Shown here: positions 36,248 to 49,717 of the stretch, piece by piece
Numbering within the stretch: the first letter of the stretch is position 1
How the letters are laid out: every line of letters starts with the position of its first letter
Assembly: GCF_964213995.1 (NCBI RefSeq)
Contig: NC_135830.1
Span: 8,866,001-8,930,000, forward strand
Direction: 5' to 3'
Length of the DNA stretch: 64,000 bases
Origin: Mustelus asterias
Lineage: Eukaryota
The notes under the pieces: model-generated
Databases searched by the model: none
What the model saw: only the letters and a program-made list of their open reading frames with translations
Told to the model about the DNA's origin: nothing
Program-made: the position numbers and the translations under genes

Positions 36248-37288
36248 CATCACCCTCAAATGCTTTCTGTGAAATAAGAAACGTTTTTTTTGACGCACTG
36301 ACAGGAAAGTTCGATTTTGACACCAGCACTTATTCGCATCTCGTTCAGTCTACAGCAGAATTTAATGGGTTTATAGGTGCAGACTAATATGGTTAATCAG
36401 CATCTGAAATATCTGACAGTAGTGTGTGCTCAAAAAGACAGATACAAGTCATACTGCAAGTGAACTAGAGGAAATGACGCACATTTCACACAAGATCTAT
36501 TTTTAAATCGTTTTTCATCACTGAGAAACAGGAAAGGCCACTCAGACAGATGAGAGAATCGAGGCTCAGTGCGGATCGACTGGACTTTCCGGTAAAGGTC
36601 CGGAAGTTATGCGCCTAAATGTTTCAGGCCCATAATTAAAAGGCTCAAGCGTCACGAACAGATCATTCTTGATTTTTCTCCATTTAAATGCAGTTGACTT
36701 TGTTTAAAAGCTGACGATAGTCAATCTCAAATTTGCGATCTGTATTTCCCGGTGATTCGATTCGTTCTGTTGGGCAGTTTTGTTTGCAATTCAGTGATGT
36801 TCAATTTCAGAGATATTCAATTCATAATGAAGACATATATGTTAAATAACGCATTGATATTAAATATTGAAAGAAATACTGAGTACAATTGTACAATGAG
36901 CTTTGATAAAGTGTCATCTGGACTCGAAACAGCCGCCCTTTTCACTCCTTACAGGTGCTGCCAGACATTGGGAGATTTTGCAGCATTTTCTCTTTTCTCA
37001 TCCGCAGTAATTTGCTTTTATTACTGAGTACAAATGATTGAGATGATTCGAAGAAAGATGAAGATGATGCATTAACGAATGAGCAGAAATCATTGCTCCC
37101 TTAGATATTTGCCAGAAGAAGGATTTTGAATTTTGATGTTCGGGATAAGTCGTACAATCAGATTGAAAGTGACGGTTATCTTCCTGAATTCAGTCACATG
37201 GGCTCTCAGTCTCACCATCGGAACCTGCAGCAACACAGCGTAGTTGAACATTGCAGACAGGCAGATTTGCTCCACTGCTCTTCCAGCT

Positions 37289-37361
37289 GTTTCTGTAGTG
37301 TAGTGGTTATCACGTTCGCCTAACACGCGAAAAGTCCCTGGTTCGAAACCAGGCAGAAACA
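37289..37361 (+). tRNA. tRNA-Val(AAC)
   Basis: As 35827 with a variable-loop G>A. Confidence 0.88.
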
Positions 37362-37464
37362 TTCATTAAGCTTCCTCGTGTCGTGGAAGGGAAAATTGCT
37401 TGTTTTCAGTTCGTTGCTCATCATTCTCCGAGCCTCGATGTGAAAGGCATGTTATCATTAAGCT

Positions 37465-37537
37465 GTTTCTGTGGTGTCGTGGTTATCACATTCGCCTAAC
37501 ACGTGGAAAGTCACCGGTTCGAAACCAGGCAGAAACA
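37465..37537 (+). pseudogene. Degenerate tRNA-Val of the SINE cassette
   Basis: Copy of 36003. Confidence 0.83.
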
Positions 37538-38750
37538 TAGGGTAGCACAGTGGCACAGCAGTTAAGACTGCTGCCTCAAGGCGCCAGGGTCCCAGGTTCG
37601 ATTCCCAGTTTGGATCACTGTCTGCGCGGAGTCTGCATCTTCTCCCCGTGTCTGCATGGGTTGCCTCCGGGTGCGCCGATCTCCTCCCACTGTCTGAAAG
37701 ACATGCTGGCATCACCCTCAAATGCTTTGTGTGAAATAAGAAACGTTTTTTTTGACGCACTGACAGGAAATTTCGATTTTGACACCAGCACTTATTCGCA
37801 TCTCGTTCAGTCTACAGCAGAATTTAATGGGTTTATAGGTGCAGACTAATATGGTTAATCAGCATCTGAAATATCTGACAGTAGTGTGTGCTCAAAAAGA
37901 CAGATACAAGTCATACTGCAAGTGAACTAGAGGAAATGACGCACATTTCACACGAGATCTATTTTTAAATCGTTTTTCATCACTGAGAAACAGGAAAAGC
38001 CACTCAGACAGATGAGGGAATCGAGGCTCAGTGCGGATCTACTGGACTTTCCGGTAAAGGTCCGGAAGTTATGCGCCTAAATGTTTCAGGCCCATAATTA
38101 AAAGGCTCAAGCGTCACGAACAGATCATTCTTGATTTTTCTCCATTTAAATGCAGTTGACTTTGTTTAAAAGCTGACGATAGTCAATCTCAAATTTGCGA
38201 TCTGTATTACCCGGTGATTCGATTCGTTCTGTTGGGCAGTTTTGTTTGCAATTCAGTGATGTTCAATTTCAGAGATATTCAATTCATAATGAAGACATAT
38301 ATGTTAAATAACGCATTGATATTAAATATTGAAAGAAATACTGAGTACAATTGTACAATGAGCTTTGATAAAGTGTCATCTGGACTCGAAACATCCGCCC
38401 TTTTCACTCCTTACAGGTGCTGCCAGACATTGGGAGATTTTGCAGCATTTTCTCTTTTCTCATCCGCAGTAATTTGCTTTTATTACTGAGTACAAATGAT
38501 TGAGATGATTCGAAGAAAGATGAAGATGATGCATTAACGAATGAGCAGAAATCATTGCTCCCTTAGATATTTGCCAGAAGAAGGATTTTGAATTTTGATG
38601 TTCGGGATAAGTCGTACAATCAGATTGAAAGTGACGGCTATCTTCCTGAATTCAGTCACATGGGCTCTCAGTCTCACCATCGGAACCTGCAGCATCACAG
38701 CGTAGTTGAACATTGCAGACAGGCAGATTTGCTCCACTGCTATTCCAGCT

Positions 38751-38823
38751 GTTTCTGTAGTGTAGTGGTTATCTCGTTTGCCTAACACGCGAAAGGTCCC
38801 TGGTTCGAAACCAGGCAGAAACA
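38751..38823 (+). tRNA. tRNA-Val(AAC), D-stem mismatch
   Basis: ATCTCGTTTGCC variant. Confidence 0.7.
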
Positions 38824-38926
38824 TTCATTAAGCTTCCTCATGTCGTGGAAGGTAAAATTGCTTGTTTTCAGTTCGTTGCTCATCATTATCCGAGCCTCGA
38901 TGTGAAAGGCATGTTATCATTAAGCT

Positions 38927-38999
38927 GTTTCTGTGGTGTCGTGGTTATCACATTCGCCTAACACGTGGAAAGTCACCGGTTCGAAACCAGGCAGAAACA
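38927..38999 (+). pseudogene. Degenerate tRNA-Val of the SINE cassette
   Basis: Copy of 36003. Confidence 0.83.
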
Positions 39000-40196
39000 T
39001 AGGGTAGCACAGTGGCACATAAGTTAAGACTGCTGCCTCAAGGCGCCAGGGTCCCAGGTTCGATTCCCAGTATGGATCACTGTCTGCGCGGAGTCTGCAT
39101 CTTCTACCCGTGTCTGCATGGGTTTCCTCCGGGTGCGCCGGTCTCCTCCCACAGTCTGAAAGACATGCTGGCATCACCCTCAAATGCTTTGTGTGAAATA
39201 AGAAACGTTTTTTTTGACGCACTGACAGGAAATTTCGATTTTGACACCAGCACTTATTCGCATCTCGTTCAGTCTACAGCAGAATTTAATGGGTTTATAG
39301 GTGCAGACTAATATGGTTAATCAGCATCTGAAATATCTGACAGTAGTGTGTGCTCAAAAAGACAGATACAAGTCATACTGCAAGTGAACTAGAGGAAATG
39401 ACGCACATTTCACACAAGATCTATTTTTAAATCGTTTTTCATCACTGAGAAACAGGAAAAGCCACTCAGAAAGATGAGAGAATCGAGGCTCAGTGCGGAT
39501 CGACTGGACTTTCCGGTAAAGGTCCGGAAGTTATGCGCCTAAATGTTTCAGGCCCATAATTAAAAGGCTCAAGTGTCACGAACAGATAATTCTTGATTTT
39601 TCTCCATTTAAATGCAGTTGACTTTGTTTAAAAGCTGACCATAGTCAATCTCAAATTTGCGATCTGTATTTCCCGGTGATTCGATTCGTTCTGTTGGGCA
39701 GTTTTGTTTGCAATTCAGTGATGTTCAATTCATAATGAAGACATATATTTTAAATAACGCATTGATATTATATATTGAAACAAATACTGTGTACAATTGT
39801 ACAATAAGCTTTGATAAAGTGTTATCTGGACTCTAAACGTCCGCCCTTTTCGCTCCTTACAGGTGCTGCCAGACATTGGGAGATTTTGCAGCATTTTCTC
39901 TTTTCTCATCCGCAGTAATTTGCTTTTATTACTGAGTACAATTGATTGAGATGATTCGAAGAAAGATGAAGATGATGCATTAACGAATGAGCAGAAATCA
40001 TTGCTCCCTTAGATATTTGCCAGAAGAACGGTTTTGAATTTTGATGTTCGGGATAAGTCGTACAATCAGATTGAAAGTAACGGTTATCTTCCTGAATTCA
40101 GTCACATGGGCTCTCAGTCTCACCATCGGAACCTGCAGCATCACAGCGTAGTTGAACATTGCAGACAGGCAGATTTGCTCCAGTGCAATGACAGCT

Positions 40197-40269
40197 GTTT
40201 CTGTAGTGTAGTGGTTATCACATTTGCCTAACACGCGGAAGGTCCCTGGTTCGAAACCAGGCAGAAACG
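40197..40269 (+). tRNA. tRNA-Val(AAC) variant (G73, weakened anticodon stem)
   Basis: ACATTTGCC..GCGGAAGG..GAAACG. Confidence 0.7.
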
Positions 40270-41417
40270 TTCATTGAGCTTCCTCATGTCGCGTAAGGGA
40301 AAATTGATTGATTTTTGTTTGTTCCTCATCATTATACGAGCCTCGATGTTAACGGCATGTTATCATTGCTCTGACGTCACCCTCAATTGCTTTCTGTGAA
40401 ATAAGAAACGCTTTTTTTTGACGCACTGACAGGAAAGTTCGATTTTGACACCAGCACTTATTCGCATCTCGTTCAGTCTACAGCAGAATTTAATGGGTTT
40501 ATAGGTGCAGACTAATATGGTTAATCGCCATCTGAAATATCTGACAGTAGTGTGTGCTCAAAAAGACAGATACAAGTCATACTGTAAGTGAACTCGAGGA
40601 AATGGCGCACATTTCACAGAAGAATCTTTTAAAAATCGTTTTCATCACTGAGAAATAGGAAAAGCCACTCAGACAGATGAGGGAATCGAGACTCAGTGCG
40701 GATCTACTGGACTTTCCTGTAATCGGCCGGAATTTATGCGCCTGAATGTTTCACGCCCGTAATAAAAAAGGCTCAACTGTCACGAACAGATCATTCTTGA
40801 TTCTCCTCCATTTAAATGCAGTTGACTTTGTTGAAAAGCTGACCAGAGTCAATCTCAAATTTGCGATCTGTATTTCCCGGTGATTCGCTTCGTCCTGTTG
40901 GTCAGTTCTGTTTGCAATTCAGTGATGTTCAGTTTCAGAGATATTCAATTCATAATGAAGACATATGTGTTAAATAAGGCATGGATATTAAATATTGAAA
41001 GAAATACTGTGTACAATTGTACAATGAGCTTTGATAAAGTGCCATCTGGATTCGAAACGTCCGCCCTTTTCGCTCCTTACAGGTGCTGCCAGACATTGGG
41101 AGATTTTGCAGCATTTTCTCTTTTCTCATCCGCAGTAATTTGCTTTTATTACTGAGTACAATTGATTGAGATGATTCGAAGAAAAATGAAAATGATGCAT
41201 TAACGAATGGGCAGAAATCATTGCTCCCTTAGATATTTGCCAGAAGAACGGTTTTGAATTTTGATGTTCGGGATATGTCGCACAATCAGATTGAAAGTGA
41301 CGGTTATCTTCCTGAATTCAGTGACAATGGGCTCTCAGTCTAACCATCGGAACCTGCAGCAACACAGCGTAGTTGAACATTGCAGGCAGGCAGATTTGCT
41401 CCACTGCTATTCCAGCT

Positions 41418-41490
41418 GTTTCTGTAGTGTAGTGGTTATCACGTTCGCCTAACACGCGGAAGGTCCCTGGTTCGAAACGAGGCAGAAACA
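41418..41490 (+). tRNA. tRNA-Val(AAC) variant (T-stem mismatch)
   Basis: GCGGAAGG..GAAACGAGG. Confidence 0.7.
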
Positions 41491-41593
41491 TTCATTAAGC
41501 TTCCTCATGTCGTGGAAGGGAAAATTGCTTGTTTTCATTTCGTTGCTCATCATTATCCGAGCCTCGATGTGAAAGGCATGTTATCATTAAGCT

Positions 41594-41666
41594 GTTTCTG
41601 TGGTGTCGTGGTTATCACATTCGCCTAACACGTGGAAAGTCACCGGTTCGAAACCAGGCAGAAACA
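41594..41666 (+). pseudogene. Degenerate tRNA-Val of the SINE cassette
   Basis: Copy of 36003. Confidence 0.83.
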
Positions 41667-42882
41667 TAGGGTAGCACAGTGGCACAGCAGTTAAGACTGC
41701 TGCCTCAAGGCGCCAGGGTCCCAGGTTCGATTCCCAGTTTGGATCACTGTCTGCGCGGAGTCTGCATCTTCTCCCCGTGTCTGCATGGGTTTCCTCCGGG
41801 TTCGCCGGTCTCCTCCCACTGTCTGAAAGACATGCTGGCATCACCCTCAAATGCTTTCTGTGAAATAAGAAACGTTTTTTTTGACGCACTGACAGGAAAT
41901 TTCGATTTTGACACCAGCACTTATTCGCATCTCGTTCAGTCTACAGCAGAATTTAATGGGTTTATAGGTGCAGACTAATATGGTTAATCAGCATCTGAAA
42001 TATCTGACAGTAGTGTGTGCTCAAAAAGACAGATACAAGTCATACTGCAAGTGAACTAGAGGAAATGACGCACATTTCACACAAGATCTATTTTTAAATC
42101 GTTTTTCATCACTGCGAAACAGGAAAAGCCACTCCAAGACAGATGAGGGAATCGAGGCTCAGTGCGGATCTACTGGACTTTCCGGGAAAGGTCAGGAAGT
42201 TATGCGCCTAAATGTTTCAGGCCCATAATTAAAAAGGCTCAAGTGTCACGAACAGATAATTCTTGATTTTTCTCCATTTAAATGCAGTTGACTCTGTTTA
42301 AAAGCTGACGACAGTCAATCTCAAATTTGCGATCTGTATTTCCCGGTGATTCGATTCGTTCTGTTGGGCAGTTTTGTTTGCAATTCAGTGATGTTCAATT
42401 TCAGAGATATTCAATTCATAATGAAGACATATATGTTAAATAACGCATTGATATTAAATATTGAAACAAATACTGTGTACAATTGTACAATAAGCTTTGA
42501 TAAAGTGTCATCTGGACTCGAAACGTCCGCCCTTTTCACTCCTTACAGGTGCTGCCAGACATTGGGAGATTTTGCAGCATTTTCTCTTTTCTCATCCGCA
42601 GTAATTTGCTTTTATTACTCAGTACAATTGATTGAGATGATTCGAAGAAAGATGAAGATGATGCATTAACGAATGAGCAGAAATCATTGCTCCCTTAGAT
42701 ATTTGCCAGAAGAACGGTTTTGAATTTTGATGTTCGGGATAAGTCGTACAATCAGATTGAAAGTAACGGTTATCTTCCTGAATTCAGTCACATGGGCTCT
42801 CAGTCTCACCATCGGAACCTGCAGCATCACAGCGTAGTTGAACATTGCAGACAGGCAGATTTGCTCCAGTGCAATGACAGCT

Positions 42883-42955
42883 GTTTCTGTAGTGTAGTGG
42901 TTATCACATTCGCCTAACACGCGAAAGGTCCCTGGTTCGAAACCAGGCAGAAACG
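42883..42955 (+). tRNA. tRNA-Val(AAC) variant (A26, G73)
   Basis: Stems intact. Confidence 0.8.
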
Positions 42956-44103
42956 TTCATTGAGCTTCCTCATGTCGCGTAAGGGAAAATTGATTGATTT
43001 TTGTTTGTTCCGAATCATTATACGAGCCTCGATGTTAACGGCATGTTATCATTGCTCTGACGTCACCCTCAAATGCTTCCTATGAAATAAGAAACGCTTT
43101 TTTTTGACGCACTGACAGGAAAGTTCGATTTTGACACCGAACACTTATTCGCATCTCGTTCAGTCGACAACAGAATTTAATGGGTTTATAGGTGCAGACT
43201 AATATGGTTAATCGCCATCTGAAATATCTGACAGTAGTGTGTGCTCAAAAAGACAGATACAAGTCATACTGTAAGTGAACTCGAGGAAATGGCGCACATT
43301 TCACAGAAGAATCTTTTTAAAATCGTTTTCATCACTGAGAAATAGGAAAAGCCACTCAGACAGATGAGGGAATCGAGACTCAGTGCGGATCTACTGGACT
43401 TTCCTGTAATCGGCCGGAATTTATGCGCCTGAATGTTTCACGCCCGTAATAAAAAAGGCTCAACTGTCACGAACAGATCATTCTTGATTCTCCTCCATTT
43501 AAATGCAGTTGACTTTGTTGAAAAGCTGACCAGAGTCAATCTCAAATTTGTGATCTGTATTACCCGGTGATTCGCTTCGTTCTGTTGGTCAGTTATGTTT
43601 GCAATTCAGTGATGTTCAGTTTCAGAGATATTCAATTCATAATGAAGACATATGTGTTAAATAAGGCATGGATATTAAATATTGAAAGAAATACTGTGTA
43701 CAATTGTACAATGAGCTTTGATAAAGTGCCATCTGGATTCGAAACATCCGCCCTTTTCACTCCTTACAGGTGCTGCCAGACATTGGGAGATTTTGCAGCA
43801 TTTTCTCTTTTGTCATCCGCAGTAATTTGCTTTTATTACTGAGTACAAATGATTGAGATGATTCGAAGAAAAATGAAAATGATGCATTAACGAATGGGCA
43901 GAAATCATTGCTCCCTTAGATATTTGCCAGAAGAACGGTTTTGAATTTTGATGTTCGGGATCAGTCGTACAATCAGATTGAAAGTGACGGTTATCTTCCT
44001 GAATTCAGTCACATGGGCTCTCAGTCTCACCATCGGAACCTGCAGCAACACAGCGTAGTTGAACATTGCAGACAGGCAGATTTGCTCCACTGCTCTTCCA
44101 GCT

Positions 44104-44176
44104 GTTTCTGTAGTGTAGTGGTTATCACGTTCGCCTAACACGCGAAAAGTCCCTGGTTCGAAACCAGGCAGAAACA
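44104..44176 (+). tRNA. tRNA-Val(AAC)
   Basis: As 37289. Confidence 0.88.
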
Positions 44177-44279
44177 TTCATTTAGCTTCCTCATGTCGTG
44201 GAAGGGAAAATTGCTTGTTTTCAGTTCGTTGCTCATCATGATCCGAGCCTCGATGTGAAAGGCATGTTATCATTAAGCT

Positions 44280-44352
44280 GTTTCTGTGGTGTCGTGGTTA
44301 TCACATTCGCCTAACACGTGGAAAATCATCGGTTCGAAACCAGGCAGAAACA
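44280..44352 (+). pseudogene. Degenerate tRNA-Val of the SINE cassette
   Basis: Copy of 36003 with further changes. Confidence 0.83.
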
Positions 44353-45564
44353 TAGGGTAGCACAGTGGCACAGCAGTTAAGACTGCTGCCTCAAGGCGCC
44401 AGGGTCCCAGGTTCGATTCCCTGTTTGGATCACTGTCTGCGCGGAGTCTGCATCTTCTCCCCGTGTCTGCATGGGTTTCCTCCGGGTGCGCCGGTCTCCT
44501 CCCACAGTCTGAAAGACATGCTGGCATCGCCCTCAAATGCTTTGTGTGAAATAAGAAACGTTTTTTTTGACGCACTGACAGGAAATTTCGATTTTGACAC
44601 CAGCACTTATTCGCATCTCGTTCAGTCTACAGCAGAATTTAATGGGTTTATAGGTGCAGACTAATATGGTTAATCAGCATCTGAAATAACTGACAGTAGT
44701 GTGTGCTCAAAAAGACAGATACAAGTCATACTGCAAGTGAACTAGAGGAAATGACGCACATTTCACACAAGATCTATTTTTAAATCGTTTTTCATCACTG
44801 AGAAACAGGAAAAGCCACTCAGACAGATGAGAGAATCGAGGCTCAGTGCGGATCTACTGGACTTTCCGGGAAAGGTCCGGAAGTTATGCGCCTAAATGTT
44901 TCAGGCCCATAATTAAAAGGCTCAAGTGTCACGAACAGATAATTCTTGATTTTTCTCCATTTAAATGCAGTTGACTTTGTTTAAAAGCTGACGATAGTCA
45001 ATCTCAAATTTGCGATCTGTATTTCCCGGTGATTCGATTCGTTCTGTTGGGCAGTTATGTTTGCAATTCAGTGATGTTCAATTTCAGAGATATTCAATTC
45101 ATAATGAAGACATATATGTTAAATAACGCATTGATATTAAATAGTGAAACAAATACTGAGTACAATTGTACAATAAGCTTTGATAAAGTGTCATCTGGAC
45201 TCGAAACATCCGCCCTTTTCACTCCTTACAGGTGCTGCCAGACATTGGGAGATTTTGCAGCATTTTCTCTTTTCTCATCCGCAGTAATTTGCTTTTATTA
45301 CTGAGTACAATTGATTGAGATGATTCGAAGAAAGATGAAGATGATGCATTAACGAATGAGCAGAAATCATTGCTCCCTTAGATATTTGCCAGAAGAACGG
45401 TTTTGAATTTGATGTTCGGGATAAGTCGTACAATCAGATTGAAAGTAACGGTTATCTTCCTGAATTCAGTCACATGGGCTCTCAGTCTCACCATCGGAAC
45501 CTGCAGCATCACAGCGTAGTTGAACATTGCAGACAGGCAGATTTGCTCCAGTGCAATGACAGCT

Positions 45565-45637
45565 ATTTCTGTAGTGTAGTGGTTATCACATTCGCCTAAC
45601 CCGCGAAAGGTCCCTGGTTCGAAACCAGGCAGAAACG
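45565..45637 (+). pseudogene. tRNA-Val(AAC), probably non-functional (A1, C37, G73)
   Basis: ATTTCT..CTAACCCGCG..GAAACG. Confidence 0.75.
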
Positions 45638-46785
45638 CTCATTGAGCTTCCTCATGTCGCGTAAGGGAAAATTGATTGTTTTTTGTTTGTTCCGAATCAT
45701 TCTCCGAGCCTCGATGTTCACGGCATGTTATCATTGCTCTGACGTCACCCTCAATTGCTTTCTGTGAAATAAGAAACGCTTTTTTTTGACGCACTGACAG
45801 GAAAGTTCGATTTTGACACCGAACACTTATTCGCATCTCGTTCAGTCTACAGCAGAATTTAATGGGTTTACAGGTGCAGACTAATATGGTTAATCAGCAT
45901 CTGAAATATCTGACAGTAGTGTGTGCTCAAAAAGACAGATACAAGTCATACTGCAAGTGAACTAGAGGAAATGACGCACATTTCACACAAGATCTATTTT
46001 TAAATCGTTTTTCATCACTGAGAAACAGGAAAAGCCACTCAGACAGATGAGAGAATCGAGGCTCAGTGCGTATCTACTGGACTTTCCGGTAAAGGTCCGG
46101 AAGTTATGCGCCTAAATGTTTCAGGCCCATAATTAAAAGGCTCAAGTGTCACGAACAGATAATTCTTGATTTTTCTCCATTTAAATGCAGTTGACTTTGT
46201 TTAAAAGCTGACGATAGTCAATCTCAAATTTGCGATCTGTATTTCCCGGTGATTCGATTCGTTCTGTTGGGCAGTTTTGTTTGCAATTCAGTGATGTTCA
46301 ATTTCAGAGATATTCAATTCATAATGAAGACATATGTGTTAAATAAGGCATGGATATTAAATATTGAAAGAAATACTGTGTACAATTGTACAATGAGCTT
46401 TGATAAAGTGCCATCTGGATTCGAAACATCCGCCCTTTTCACTCCTTACAGGTGCTGCCAGACATTGGGAGATTTTGCAGCATTTTCTCTTTTGTCATCC
46501 GCAGTAATTTGCTTTTATTACTGAGTACAATTGATTGAGATGATTCGAAGAAAAATGAAAATGATGCATTAACGAATGGGCAGAAATCATTGCTCCCTTA
46601 GATATTTGCCAGAAGAACGGTTTTGAGTTTTGATGTTCGGGATAAGTCGTACAATCAGATTGAAAGTGACGGTTATCTTCCTGAATTCAGTGACATGGGC
46701 TCTCAGTCTCACCATCGGAACCTGCAGCATCACAGCGTAGTTGAACATTGCAGACAGGCAGATTTGCTCCAGTGCAATGGTAGCT

Positions 46786-46858
46786 GTTTCTGTAGTGTAG
46801 TGGTTATCACATTCGCCTAACACGCGAAAGGTCCCTGGTTCGAAACCAGGCAGAAACA
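46786..46858 (+). tRNA. tRNA-Val(AAC) (A26)
   Basis: Stems intact, A73. Confidence 0.87.
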
Positions 46859-48006
46859 CTCATTGAGCTTCCTCATGTCGCGTATGGGAAAATTGATTGA
46901 TTTTTGTTTGTTCCTCATAATTATACGAGCCTCGATGTTAACGGCATGTTATCATTGCTCTGACATCACCCTCAAATGCTTTCTGTGAAATAAGAAACGC
47001 TTTTTTTTGACGCACTGACAGGAAAATTCGATTTTGACACCGAACACTTATTCGCATCTCGTTCAGTCTACAACAGAATTTAATGGGTTTATAGGTGCAG
47101 ACTAATATGGTTAATCGCCATCTGAAATATCTGACAGTAGTGTGTGCTCAAAAAGACAGATACAAGTCATACTGTAAGTGAACTCGAGGAAATGGCGCAC
47201 ATTTCACAGAAGAATCTTTTTAAAATCGTTTTCATCACTGAGAAATAGGAAAAGCCACTCAGACAGATGAGGGAATCGAGACTCAGTGCGGATCTACTGG
47301 ACTTTCCTGTAATCGGCCGGAATTTATGCGCCTGAATGTTTCACGCCCGTAATAAAAAAGGCTCAACTGTCACGAACAGATCATTCTTGATCCAACTCCA
47401 TTTAAATGCAGTTGACTTTGTTTAAAAGCTGACGATAGTCAATCTCAAATTTGCGATCTGTATTTCCCGGTGATTCGATTCGTTCTGTTGGGCAGTTTTG
47501 TTTGCAATTCAGTGATGTTCAATTTCAGAGATATTCAATTCATAATGAAGACATATATGTTAAATAACGCATTGATATTAAATATTGAAAGAAATACTGA
47601 GTACAATTGTACAATGAGCTTTGATAAAGTGTCATCTGGACTCGAAACAGCCGCCCTTTTCACTCCTTACAGGTGCTGCCAGACATTGGGAGATTTTGCA
47701 GCATTTTCTCTTTTCTCATCCGCAGTAATTTGCTTTTATTACTGAGTACAAATGATTGAGATGATTCGAAGAAAGATGAAGATGATGCATTAACGAATGA
47801 GCAGAAATCATTGCTCCCTTAGATATTTGCCAGAAGAAGGATTTTGAATTTTGATGTTCGGGATAAGTCGTACAATCAGATTGAAAGTGACGGTTATCTT
47901 CCTGAATTCAGTCACACGGGCTCTCAGTCTCACCATCGGAACCTGCAGCAACACAGCGTAGTTGAACATTGCAGACAGGCAGATTTGCTCCACTGCTCTT
48001 CCAGCT

Positions 48007-48079
48007 GTTTCTGTAGTGTAGTGGTTATCACGTTCGCCTAACACGCGAAAAGTCCCTGGTTCGAAACCAGGCAGAAACA
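48007..48079 (+). tRNA. tRNA-Val(AAC)
   Basis: HOR copy of 37289. Confidence 0.88.
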
Positions 48080-48182
48080 TTCATTAAGCTTCCTCGTGTC
48101 GTGGAAGGGAAAATTGCTTGTTTTCAGTTCGTTGCTCATCATTATCCGAGCCTCGATGTGAAAGGCATGTTATCATTAAGCT

Positions 48183-48255
48183 GTTTCTGTGGTGTCGTGG
48201 TTATCACATTCGCCTAACACGTGGAAAGTCACCGGTTCGAAACCAGGCAGAAACA
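48183..48255 (+). pseudogene. Degenerate tRNA-Val of the SINE cassette
   Basis: Copy of 36003. Confidence 0.83.
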
Positions 48256-49468
48256 TAGGGTAGCACAGTGGCACAGCAGTTAAGACTGCTGCCTCAAGGC
48301 GCCAGGGTCCCAGGTTCGATTCCCAGTTTGGATCACTGTCTGCGCGGAGTCTGCATCTTCTCCCCGTGTCTGCATGGATTGCCTCCGGGTGCGCCGATCT
48401 CCTCCCACTGTCTGAAAGACATGCTGGCATCACCCTCAAATGCTTTGTGTGAAATAAGAAACGTTTTTTTTGACGCACTGACAGGAAATTTCGATTTTGA
48501 CACCAGCACTTATTCGCATCTCGTTCAGTCTACAGCAGAATTTAATGGGTTTATAGGTGCAGACTAATATGGTTAATCAGCATCTGAAATATCTGACAGT
48601 AGTGTGTGCTCAAAAAGACAGATACAAGTCATACTGCAAGTGAACTAGAGGAAATGACGCACATTTCACACGAGATCTATTTTTAAATCGTTTTTCATCA
48701 CTGAGAAACAGGAAAAGCCACTCAGACAGATGAGGGAATCGAGGCTCAGTGCGGATCTACTGGACTTTCCGGTAAAGGTCCGGAAGTTATGCGCCTAAAT
48801 GTTTCAGGCCCATAATTAAAAGGCTCAAGCGTCACGAACAGATCATTCTTGATTTTTCTCCATTTAAATGCAGTTGACTTTGTTTAAAAGCTGACGATAG
48901 TCAATCTCAAATTTGCGATCTGTATTTCCCGGTGATTCGATTCGTTCTGTTGGGCAGTTTTGTTTGCAATTCAGTGATGTTCAATTTCAGAGATATTCAA
49001 TTCATAATGAAGACATATATGTTAAATAACGCATTGATATTAAATATTGAAAGAAATACTGAGTACAATTGTACAATGAGCTTTGATAAAGTGTCATCTG
49101 GACTCGAAACATCCGCCCTTTTCACTCCTTACAGGTGCTGCCAGACATTGGGAGATTTTGCAGCATTTTCTCTTTTCTCATCCGCAGTAATTTGCTTTTA
49201 TTACTGAGTACAAATGATTGAGATGATTCGAAGAAAGATGAAGATGATGCATTAACGAATGAGCAGAAATCATTGCTCCCTTAGATATTTGCCAGAAGAA
49301 GGATTTTGAATTTTGATGTTCGGGATAAGTCGTACAATCAGATTGAAAGTGACGGCTATCTTCCTGAATTCAGTCACATGGGCTCTCAGTCTCACCATCG
49401 GAACCTGCAGCATCACAGCGTAGTTGAACATTGCAGACAGGCAGATTTGCTCCACTGCTATTCCAGCT

Positions 49469-49541
49469 GTTTCTGTAGTGTAGTGGTTATCACGTTTGCC
49501 TAACACGCGAACGGTCCCTGGTTCGAAACCAGGCAGAAACA
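49469..49541 (+). tRNA. tRNA-Val(AAC) variant
   Basis: CACGTTTGCC..GCGAACGG. Confidence 0.78.
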
Positions 49542-49644
49542 TTCATTAAGCTTCCTCATGTCGTGGAAGGTAAAATTGCTTGTTTTCAGTTCGTTGCTCA
49601 TCATTATCCGAGCCTCGATGTGAAAGGCATGTTATCATTAAGCT

Positions 49645-49717
49645 GTTTCTGTGGTGTCGTGGTTATCACATTCGCCTAACACGTGGAAAGTCACCGGTTC
49701 GAAACCAGGCAGAAACA
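49645..49717 (+). pseudogene. Degenerate tRNA-Val of the SINE cassette
   Basis: Copy of 36003. Confidence 0.83.
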
